A DNA stretch of 64,000 nucleotides. It comes from Limnochordia bacterium (lineage in GTDB: Bacteria > Bacillota > Limnochordia > DTU080 > RSA5). Position numbers and translations under genes: made by a program. The notes under the pieces were generated by a model. The model worked only from the letters and a program-made list of their open reading frames with translations. It did no database searches and was not told the origin of the DNA. Below, in pieces: positions 30,813 through 38,833 of this stretch. The stretch lies in NCBI GenBank assembly GCA_041686855.1, contig JAWLDA010000005.1, positions 203,222-267,221 on the forward strand. The letters are read 5' to 3'. Position 1 is the stretch's first letter. Each line of letters opens with the position of its first letter.

Positions 30813-31877
30813 CATCCCCCGAGCGGCGACGGGCCAAACCTTCTCCACGTTGGCACCTCGAACACCGATCAACTCGTCGTGAAGATTGGTGACGACACAG
30901 GTGTGGTTGGGGATGATACGAATCACTTCGCCCACCTCCGGCTTGCGCTCCCCTTCCGGGAAGCGGACGTACCCGTGCTCCTCGTTGAGGCGGTAGATGA
31001 CGGCGTCGGGGTACTCGACGATGCGCCCGTGGCCCTTGAGGCCCAGCGTGTCCGCAGAGAGGCTCTTGGAGCCGGCGTCGATGATCGCTCGATCAGCCGT
31101 CGGCCGACTCACCACAGTGGCGCGAATGTGCATGGCACAGTCATCCCACGTAGCGGCTCCTTTAGCGACACACGAGCGGTCGTAAAAGATGTAGGTACCG
31201 GCCCGGTGCTCCGTCGCTCCTGGGATCTGAGGGAGCAGCGAGACGGCCGGCGTGCCCCCGGTGCTGACGATCTGGGCATTCAATCCGACACGATCTAATG
31301 CACGGTACGTCTCTTGTAGAAAACTGGCGGTCGCGTCGGTGATCGGGTAGGTCATCAGCCCCGCGAAACGCAAGTTGGGTAGGCCATCGACAAATTTGCC
31401 CAACTCAGCGGTCTCCTCCGGGGTTTGCGTCCCGTTGCGACCACTCCCGGTGTCACACTCCACGAGGACCGGCAACTCTTCTGCAGTGTCGCGCATGCTT
31501 TCCGACAGCCCTCTAGCTACATGAGCGTTGTCACAGAGGGTTAGTAGCCGCCCGCGTGTCGCCGCCTCCCGGAGGCGGTCCAGCTTTGCGGCGCCCAAGA
31601 TATTATAGGTAAGAAAGATGTCCCCCAAGCCCGCTGCCTGCATGACGGCCACTTCGCCGAGCTTTTGGCAGGCAATCCCTTGTGCGCCCGCCGCCACCTG
31701 CATGTGAGCGATCTCCGGAATCTTGTGCGTTTTGATATGAGGGCGGAGCGCGACGCCTGCGTTGTCACAAAGCCGCTGCATGCGAGCAATGTTGGCTTCC
31801 ATGACGTCGAGATCGATGGTGACGACCGGGGTGTCGTTTAAGTCAACGCTATCGCTTATGTGGGTTTTGGCATTCAC
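30804..31877 (-). CDS. PLP-dependent D-TA-family enzyme (paralog of 783..1907)
   Basis: The HIKTHK motif and the same domain order as the first copy. Confidence 0.7.
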   Translation of the reverse strand: MNAKTHISDSVDLNDTPVVTIDLDVMEANIARMQRLCDNAGVALRPHIKTHKIPEIAHMQVAAGAQGIACQKLGEVAVMQAAGLGDIFLTYNILGAAKLDRLREAATRGRLLTLCDNAHVARGLSESMRDTAEELPVLVECDTGSGRNGTQTPEETAELGKFVDGLPNLRFAGLMTYPITDATASFLQETYRALDRVGLNAQIVSTGGTPAVSLLPQIPGATEHRAGTYIFYDRSCVAKGAATWDDCAMHIRATVVSRPTADRAIIDAGSKSLSADTLGLKGHGRIVEYPDAVIYRLNEEHGYVRFPEGERKPEVGEVIRIIPNHTCVVTNLHDELIGVRGANVEKVWPVAARGMIR

Positions 31878-32052
31878 TTAAGAATGGCACATCCTTTCGC
31901 GTGGAGCACCTTTACCGTATTGCTAAGTGGGGTAGAGCTTCCGGCATGGGGCGTCAGATCCTGCGTGCTCCTAGAGATAACGGAGTCTTGGATATGGGGT
32001 GGCACGCCTAATCCTATGCCGATGGCGCCTGTGGTCTATGATCGACACTTTA

Positions 32053-32126
32053 AGAGTCGAGAGTATTAGTCTAGGACTCGAGAGTCTAAGGTCAATAGTC
32101 CACGGTCAATAGTCTACGGTCTATGG
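32053..32126. repeat. Short tandem repeats including 14-bp GGTCAATAGTCYAC x2 plus a partial copy
   Basis: Read directly from the sequence. Confidence 0.75.
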
Positions 32127-32193
32127 CGGTTGCACTTTGGCGGCACCCATCCCGGATTGCCCCCCTCGGAAGGCCCTTCCTGGCTTTCACCCG

Positions 32194-33231
32194 CTACGGA
32201 GCGCTTTGGGCCGCTTTTATGTAGCGCTGGCTACAGTGCTTCAGGTACTGGATCGTCTGCTTAAATCCCCGCAATACCCTCATTGGCAGCTTGTCTCCAA
32301 TTTTCCTACGCAAATTAGTGAGCGAAAGGTCCTCGGCGTGGACGACGACAAGAGCGATCTTTTTGTCTTTACAGATCTGCCGCTTGAGGGCGTCGCGTTT
32401 TCGTTGTGCGATCACTTCCTGTTTTGAGAAGCGTCCCGTCGCGACGTAATGCTGCCTTCCGTTGAACTCGAACGCCACGCGATCCACTGGGTAGAAACGG
32501 TCGAGCTCCATCCGCTCTCCAGTGGATGGATTCTCAAGGAAATTCGGTCTAGCGCCGTCCTCGCACTCCTGTGTGTCGACAATTAGTGACAGGCACGCCC
32601 GCAAAAGCCCTTCCCCACTGTACTTCGACTCCCCCAGGCCCCTTGCGACCTCCGCTTTATACGCTTGGTCGGCGTGTTGAAGTCGAAACCAGAGGGACGC
32701 GCGCCGGTTCTCTTGCCTGATCGCGATCCAGTGTGCCGCGGCGAGGGCGCGAATGGCACGCTTCACGGTCTTTATGTGTAAACCGGTCTTCTTACTGAAT
32801 TCAGCCCACTTGAAGAAGCCCGTCAAGCCATTGAATTCAGACGTCGCCTGCAGCAGCCCGTAACACAGAAGCGTCTGCGGGCGCACTGTATGGGACGCTC
32901 GGATCAAGTCCACCGGAATCTTTACGACAGATGGGTTGTCCAGGGCGGGAAAGCCAATTCGCCAGCGCCGCTTCCCGGAAGAACGCTGACGATAGGAGAC
33001 GAGCCAACCCGAGGCTACTGCACTTTTTAAGGCCACATACACGGTGGAACGGGCCAGGCCGGTGCGCTTTGCGAGACGATCCGGCATGTGAGACCGTTGT
33101 CGTTTGTGCGTTGCGTCAAAGCGCAACCTGATCCAGAGCAACTTCGCAGCGGGCGTCAACGACCGAGAGAGCAATAGGGCGAGTGGAACGTCAACCGTCC
33201 GCACCTGCAACCGCAACTGCACCCGTGCCAC
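32194..33231 (-). CDS. Protein with two winged-HTH domains and a C-terminal DUF559 / Vsr-like (PD-(D/E)xK-type) endonuclease domain
   Basis: Two HTH-like segments: LAKRTGLARSTVYVALKSAVASGWL and FSKKTGLHIKTVKRAIRALAAAHWI. The C-terminal LDRFYPVDRVAFEFNGRQHY...RKRDALK...VVVHAED region matches the DUF559/Vsr pattern. Confidence 0.5.
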   Translation of the reverse strand: MARVQLRLQVRTVDVPLALLLSRSLTPAAKLLWIRLRFDATHKRQRSHMPDRLAKRTGLARSTVYVALKSAVASGWLVSYRQRSSGKRRWRIGFPALDNPSVVKIPVDLIRASHTVRPQTLLCYGLLQATSEFNGLTGFFKWAEFSKKTGLHIKTVKRAIRALAAAHWIAIRQENRRASLWFRLQHADQAYKAEVARGLGESKYSGEGLLRACLSLIVDTQECEDGARPNFLENPSTGERMELDRFYPVDRVAFEFNGRQHYVATGRFSKQEVIAQRKRDALKRQICKDKKIALVVVHAEDLSLTNLRRKIGDKLPMRVLRGFKQTIQYLKHCSQRYIKAAQSAP

Positions 33232-33424
33232 CTCCTCGTCGATCTACTCGTTGGCCTTCGGGATGAATCGCTTGGTGATGGTGCGCTCGAACCGCTGTAG
33301 ATAACCTCCGCCACTTCTTGCACAAACATTTGTTCGCCAGGCCAATAGAACCCTTCCCGTGACGCGATCCGAGGGTGATGTAACACAGAAAACTTAATAG
33401 CAAAGCGGCTTCGACGTCCCAGTG

Positions 33425-34230
33425 GTCCGAAAAATGCCCGGTACATCCTCGGCGTGGTCCGGTGGAGGCTTCTGTCCACAGTGCTGAGCAGAAAAGTCCT
33501 GCTCAACGAGGGTGACCTCGCGAACCGAAGCAATGGATGGCGGAGTTGGGCCCCTAGCGGGAACTTCTCGGACAGCGAAGGTACGGTCGTCGGGCCAACT
33601 GCCGTCGGTCTCAGATTTGCCGCTGCAACGGGCGCCGACCCACAGGCGTCCGAAAAATGCCCGGTACTTACTCAGCGTGGTCCGATGGAGGCTTCTGTCC
33701 ACAGTGCTGAGCAGAAAAGTCCTGCTCAACGAGGGTGACCTCGCGAACCGAAGCAATGGATGGCGGAGTTGGGCCCCTAGCGGGCACTTTTCGGACAGCG
33801 AAGGTACGGTCGTCGGGCCAACTGCCGTCGGTCTCAGATTTGCCGCTGCAACGGGCGCCGACCCACGGGCGTCCGACACACCGGCGTTTGACTCAGCGGG
33901 TGTCCGACCCCTACGGGCGCCGACCCACGGGCGTCCGAAAAATGCCCGGTACATCCTCAGCGTGGTCCGATGGAGGCTTCTGTCCACAGTGTTGAGCAGA
34001 AAAGGCCTGCTCAACGAGGGTGACCTCGCGAACCGAAACAATGGATGGCGGAGTTGGGCCCTTAGCGGGCACTTTTCGGACAGCGAAGGTACGGTCGTCG
34101 GGCCAACTGCCGTCGGTCTCAGATTTGCCGCTGCAACGGGCGCCGACCCAGCGAGTGTCCGAGCCGCGGGTGTCCGAACCCTACGGGCGCCGACCCAGCG
34201 GGCGTCCGAGCCTCGGGCGTCCGAGAAAGA
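33425..34230. repeat. Three tandem copies (223, 285 and about 298 bp) of a roughly 90%-identical unit, apparently non-coding; each unit carries a conserved 7-8 bp hairpin
   Basis: Units begin with GTCCGAAAAATGCCCGGTAC at 33425, 33648 and 33933. Unit spacings are not multiples of 3 and reading frames differ between units. The internal hairpin is TGAGCAG-N7-CTGCTCA. Short GGGYGTCCGA motifs recur at the unit junctions. Confidence 0.85.
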
Positions 34231-34540
34231 ACCGCATAAGTGCGCCAGAGGCGCAACGTATTTATTCAAACGAAATCTGCGTGCTAAACCCCCGATTCTG
34301 TTGGGGAAAAGTGGAACGTTAAACAAAGTGTGCTCGCCTTAAGCAAGCTGCAATCGCTGATCGGACGAAGCCGGGGCACGCGCTGTGAAACGGAATGACA
34401 CGGCACAAAGCGGAGGCTACGTGGTGTGGATCGAAACTCGTGCCAACAAACGTGGATATGTCTCAACCTCCGCATGGGTGTGGAGCTTGGGCGGACTTGG
34501 GACTGTACGTGGGTACGATGCCGCACTCCATTTGGTGGTC

Positions 34541-34622
34541 TTGGAAGGCTTGGAGGATTTAAGGGAAATGGAGGATTTAAGGGGATTGGAGGACTTAAGG
34601 GAATTGGAGGTCTTGAGGTACG
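34541..34622. repeat. 18-bp tandem repeat x4 (TGGAGGATTTAAGGGAAA, degenerate)
   Basis: Read directly from the sequence. Confidence 0.8.
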
Positions 34623-34769
34623 AATGAATTAATCGTGGGACGGCCGCAATGAAGGCCGAAGCCTCACCTGTGCGAGCGAGGATCTCCGGCCTCCGTTCCA
34701 CCACGCTTTCGCAGTTACGCTATTCGGTTAGAGCGCAATGAGCGCTACTGTAGCAACAGCCCATCGACG

Positions 34770-34855
34770 CAACACCGCAACACCGCAACATCGCCCCAAC
34801 CCCACATCGCCCCAACCCCACATCGCCCCAACCCCACACCGCTACAACCCACAAC
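34770..34855. repeat. 8/16-bp tandem repeats (CAACACCG x2; CCCCAACCCCACATCG x3)
   Basis: Read directly from the sequence. Confidence 0.8.
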
Positions 34856-34856
34856 G

Positions 34857-35630
34857 TTACGGCGCCACGACGTACCAGACTTCGCCGACGCCTTGGCCGG
34901 TCGTGTCGCCCGGCTTCTCGTCGTTGATCCACCCGTACAGCGGCATGCCGTTATAGGCGATCTGGCGTGACCCGTCCTCGCGGGTGATTACGCTGATCGC
35001 ATCGGGGTCGACGCCCTCACCAGCCACCGGCTCACCATAGGCAATCAGCGTTGGTGGCCAGTTGCCCGCGCATCGGCCGGAGCAGTTGCTGACGCCTTCT
35101 TCGTCCCGGGTGTACAAATAAAGGGTCATTCCGGTACCGTCAATGAGGTATTTGCCGAGATTCGCATTCTCTGCCACGCGCAGGGTGGGGCTCGGGTTAA
35201 CGACGTACCACACATCACCCACACCTTGGCCGGTGGTATCTCCGGGTTTGGCGTCCCGTACCCAGTAGTAGAGGGGAATGCCGTTGTAGGTGACGTGCAG
35301 CGTGCCGTCGTCGGCGCGCTTCACCACGTCGAGCTCACCTGCGAGGCCGTCGGGCAGCATGAGCTGGTCCTCAGACTCAACGGTAAGCGCGGGCCAGTTG
35401 GCCAGACAGCGACCGCTACAGTTGCTGACGCCCGGTTGATCCGGGGTGTACAAATAGAGCGTGAGGTCGTCGGGACCGATCAAGTAGTGGCCCAACTCGG
35501 GTGAGTAAGCCACCTTGACTGTGGGCTCCGTCGCGCTGGCAAGGGCCGGCAGGGCCAACAGAACGAGGGTTGCTACTGCTAAGAGGAGAACTCTGGCACG
35601 GGTGGTTCGCAATCCAATCCGGTATCTCAT
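34857..35630 (-). CDS. Secreted protein with two internal repeats (secreted repeat of unknown function, COG4315-like)
   Basis: A signal peptide, then two repeats of about 110 aa each containing SNCSGRC, WP and DTTGQGVG motifs. ATG at 35630 follows GGAGGCG. The ORF extension to 35702 was rejected. Confidence 0.6.
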   Translation of the reverse strand: MRYRIGLRTTRARVLLLAVATLVLLALPALASATEPTVKVAYSPELGHYLIGPDDLTLYLYTPDQPGVSNCSGRCLANWPALTVESEDQLMLPDGLAGELDVVKRADDGTLHVTYNGIPLYYWVRDAKPGDTTGQGVGDVWYVVNPSPTLRVAENANLGKYLIDGTGMTLYLYTRDEEGVSNCSGRCAGNWPPTLIAYGEPVAGEGVDPDAISVITREDGSRQIAYNGMPLYGWINDEKPGDTTGQGVGEVWYVVAP

Positions 35631-35734
35631 CGATTTATCGCCTCCGAAAATGTGGTCCTTCATCCGGAGATACGGAGGAAAGGCAGGAGGTGGATCACCC
35701 AAAGTCTGACGATTTGTAAAAGCGTGGAGGGTGC

Positions 35735-36604
35735 GTGGTGCAGCAACACTCTGAAATCGTATGGAACGAAATCGTTGCAGGCGCTTTTCAGGAGTACCCG
35801 ATCTTCGTTCTTCACGCTCCGTGTCGACGAGCGCGGGTGACCCGATTTCATCGTCAACCCGGTCTGGAGCTTCACTTCAGCCACAGTGGACGGGGATCGT
35901 TTCACTTAGAAAATCGCGTCCTGCCGCTCGTCGGCCGTCATGTAGTGATTCTGGGCGGCTCCCAACCCCATCAGGTGTTTGCAGACGTCACGTCGGGGTA
36001 CAAGCGGACGGTCGTATGCATCGACACGCCGGTCGTAGAGATGGTGCGGAGCTTCTTCCCTGACGGTCAGACGCCTGAGTTCTTACGCACAGGGAGCGCG
36101 TCGGAGGCTGTGGTACCCTGGAGCCTTTGGCGCCGGCTGAGTGGGTACCTTGCTCACATTCACGATGAATACCGAGGGCGTGAACGCGGGTGGGAGCAGT
36201 CTATCTTTGCGTCGGTGGTACAACTGATCGTCTTGCTCGAACGGGTAAGGGTGAATCCCATTAAGGAGGAACGACCGGAGGATCTCGTCTCTCGCTGTCT
36301 CGACGTGATCGAATCGCATCTGGATTCTGACATCAATGCTGAGATATTGGCCCGGCTGTTGAACGTCTCGCCGAAGCACCTCTCACGTGTCTTTAACCGC
36401 GCCGTGGGTTGCGGCATCCGCCACTACCTCAAGCGCCGACGTATCGAAGTGGCAAAGAGAATGCTCCTCGATGATCGGGAGGTAAGTGTGCAAGAGATCG
36501 CCTTTCTTTGTGGATTTAAAGCGCTCTCGCATTTCTGTCGCTCCTTTCGCGAATTGACGGGGACGACACCGACTCAATTCCGACAGCCTGAACGCGGCGA
36601 CTAA
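35735..36604 (+). CDS. AraC-family transcriptional regulator (N-terminal cupin-like domain, C-terminal HTH)
   Basis: C-terminal tandem HTH with the AraC signature (IAFLCGFKALSHFCRSFRELTG). Confidence 0.75.
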   Translation: MVQQHSEIVWNEIVAGAFQEYPIFVLHAPCRRARVTRFHRQPGLELHFSHSGRGSFHLENRVLPLVGRHVVILGGSQPHQVFADVTSGYKRTVVCIDTPVVEMVRSFFPDGQTPEFLRTGSASEAVVPWSLWRRLSGYLAHIHDEYRGRERGWEQSIFASVVQLIVLLERVRVNPIKEERPEDLVSRCLDVIESHLDSDINAEILARLLNVSPKHLSRVFNRAVGCGIRHYLKRRRIEVAKRMLLDDREVSVQEIAFLCGFKALSHFCRSFRELTGTTPTQFRQPERGD

Positions 36605-36723
36605 GCAGTGTCTAACTTGAGGTAAAGAGATAACTGGTGAGGCGGTTGGCAGACAAATGAAGACGGTTGGGTCGTGCTATAGTCGGTTCAAAGGTTAGGC
36701 AAAGGGGATGGGTAGATTTGCGG

Positions 36724-37998
36724 ATCTTGGAACCCTCAAGGCATATTCCGGTCGCCGGCGAGTACGATGTCGTCGTCTGCGGCGGCGGACCTGCAGGTGT
36801 GTCGGCCGCCGTTGCGGCGGCACAGAACGGGGCGAAGACACTCCTCATTGAAGGGGAGGGATGCCTCGGAGGGATATGGACGGCCGGTCAGCTCTGCGTC
36901 ATCCTCGACGCGGCGGGCAAGGGCGGTCTCATGCATGAGTTCGAGAGCAGGCTCAAGAGTCACGACGCGTACCTTGTCAAGTCCGGTCGGAGCAAGTACA
37001 CCTACGACGTCGAGGCAATGAAGTACATCTTGGATACGATGTGCGCCGAAGTGGGTGTCGACGTTAGACTGCACACACGGGTGGTCGCCGTGAACCGGGA
37101 TGGTGAGCGCATCACCTCGATTGTGACAGAGAGTTATAGCGGGCGCGAGGCGATCCGAGCCAAGATGTTTGTCGAGGCGACCGGGAACGGGCAAATGGCT
37201 GCGTCGGCCGGCTGCGCGTTCGACGTAGGGCACCCAAAGACCGGGCAAACGCAACCGGCGACACTGATTGGAATCATAAGTGGCGCCCCCGCCGATGAGC
37301 CGGGTACCCGCAGTATGGACGAGAAGCTTGCGTTTTTGCGACTCCTCCAGTCGGTGGGCTTTGAGCCGTCGTACCGAAAGCCGTCGATGTGGCGACTCCC
37401 CAACCCCGAGCTCTGTTGTCTGTCGGTGCACCACGCCTACGGCGTGCCGTGTGATGACGCCAAAGCCATTACGAAAGCGACCATCGAAGGTCGTCGCCAG
37501 CTCAATCAAGCCGTTCAGGCGTTGCGGCAGCTCCCGGCGTGGCGCAATGTCCGTCTCGTCAGCACGGCAACTCACCTCGGGATCCGTGAGGGACGGCGCA
37601 TTCGGGGACTCTACTACCTCGACGTCGATGACATTCAAAACGGGACGCGCTTTGACGACGGTATCTGTCTCGTTCGCTTCGGCGTCGACATTCACGCGGT
37701 CACGATGAACGACGATGACCGGCAAGAAGGGTACAGCCAAGGGATCAAGGTGCGGCCGTACAACATACCTTTGCGTTCCCTGATCGCTAGAGATGTGAGC
37801 AACCTTGCTCTGGCGGGGCGGTGTGTCAGCGGGGACTTTTACGCGCACGCATCGTACCGCGTAACGGGGAACTCCGTTCCGATGGGAGAGGCTGCAGGGA
37901 TTGCTGCCGCCATGTCGGCCGAAGCCAGTGTCGCGTTGCGAGATCTCGATGGCGGACGCGTGCGACAAGCGATGCTCTCGCGCGGGTACGAGGTTTGA
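36724..37998 (+). CDS. FAD-dependent oxidoreductase
   Basis: YDVVVCGGGPAG dinucleotide-binding motif near the N-terminus. TTG at 36724 has AAAGGGGATGGG 12 nt upstream. The ORF opens at TTG 36667. Confidence 0.6.
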   Translation: MLEPSRHIPVAGEYDVVVCGGGPAGVSAAVAAAQNGAKTLLIEGEGCLGGIWTAGQLCVILDAAGKGGLMHEFESRLKSHDAYLVKSGRSKYTYDVEAMKYILDTMCAEVGVDVRLHTRVVAVNRDGERITSIVTESYSGREAIRAKMFVEATGNGQMAASAGCAFDVGHPKTGQTQPATLIGIISGAPADEPGTRSMDEKLAFLRLLQSVGFEPSYRKPSMWRLPNPELCCLSVHHAYGVPCDDAKAITKATIEGRRQLNQAVQALRQLPAWRNVRLVSTATHLGIREGRRIRGLYYLDVDDIQNGTRFDDGICLVRFGVDIHAVTMNDDDRQEGYSQGIKVRPYNIPLRSLIARDVSNLALAGRCVSGDFYAHASYRVTGNSVPMGEAAGIAAAMSAEASVALRDLDGGRVRQAMLSRGYEV

Positions 37999-38027
37999 CC
38001 GTCAAGCAAAGGAACATCCTCAAGCCA

Positions 38028-38054
38028 CTGCAAAAGTAACCCCGGAGGCGTGGC
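38028..38054. terminator. GC hairpin between convergent genes (candidate bidirectional terminator)
   Basis: Stem AACCCCGG / CCGGGGTT. An A-run precedes it on the plus strand, which gives a T-run for the minus-strand gene. Confidence 0.4.
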
Positions 38055-38119
38055 CCCCGGGGTTACTTCGGCATTCGGCGGGGCTTGCGTGGTCGATAGT
38101 CACCCTTCGTTACTGTTCG

Positions 38120-38557
38120 TTACTGTACGATGAGTGTGCCCACCATGCCGCTGGCCGTGTGTCCGGGAATATCACAGTAGATCTGGTACTCTCCGGCCTT
38201 GTCGGGCGTGAAATTAACACGAATCGTCTGGTCCGGATTGTAATCCTGATCCACGCCAAACTCGTCGATGGAGATATTGTGGGCGATTGACCCGCTATTC
38301 GCAAGGATGATTTCCACGGGCTGTCCTCGCTGCACCGTCACTTCGGATGGCTCAAAGTAAAACTCGCCGCTGTCCATTTCGATCGTCTGGGTTTGTTGAC
38401 CGCCACCTTGCTGTTGGGGCTGGTTGCCGCCGTCGTTTGCTCCGCCGCCACCGCCACCACCTCCGCCTCCGCCACAAGCCGTAGCGACCAAAGCGAGGAT
38501 GAGCACGGTAAGCAAAAGCCAGAGTTTGTTGTTGTTTCCAGGTCTCGTAAGCCGCAT
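38120..38557 (-). CDS. Cupredoxin (type-1 blue copper protein), probable lipoprotein with a Gly-rich linker
   Basis: C-terminal copper ligands in YCDIPGH...M, plus an upstream His. A signal peptide ends in ATAC, followed by a poly-Gly linker. ATG at 38557 follows AGGAGGAGGT. Confidence 0.65.
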   Translation of the reverse strand: MRLTRPGNNNKLWLLLTVLILALVATACGGGGGGGGGGGANDGGNQPQQQGGGQQTQTIEMDSGEFYFEPSEVTVQRGQPVEIILANSGSIAHNISIDEFGVDQDYNPDQTIRVNFTPDKAGEYQIYCDIPGHTASGMVGTLIVQ

Positions 38558-38833
38558 GTGTACCTCCTCCTTCAGATGGTAGCTTGGAGCGCGACCGCCA
38601 AAATCATGTGCACTCTGACCATACCAAACCTGTGGAAAGAAGATCCAGGGGAAGTTAACCCAAAGAAATGGTGACATTTGCCCCTTAACGAGGCCAGGAA
38701 GGGCTTTCTTATGCTTATCATGAATTGACGAGAGTGATCCACGATCGGCTGGCACTCACCCATGATCCGTTTGTTTGTGATCCGTAATCGGCTACAGTCG
38801 CTGCTTTATTCGGGCATTTTGGAGGTTGGTCTC

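Noticed and set aside
33425-34230. CRISPR array
   Set aside because: The repeats are 223-285 bp and directly abutting with no unique spacers, and no cas genes are nearby. This does not fit a CRISPR.
33394-34342. Long ORFs on both strands through the tandem-repeat array (33394..34326 -, 33512..34342 +, plus 33454..33738, 33735..33995, 34020..34322)
   Set aside because: Unit spacings (223 and 285 bp) are not multiples of three and the reading frame changes between units. The translations are low-complexity Arg/Ala/Pro-rich. I attribute them to open frames in GC-rich non-coding repeats.
38762-38833. polA start at 38762
   Set aside because: The family begins with the L(Y)IIDG 5' nuclease motif within about 10 residues of the start. 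The ATG at 38834 has a GGAGGTTGG RBS.
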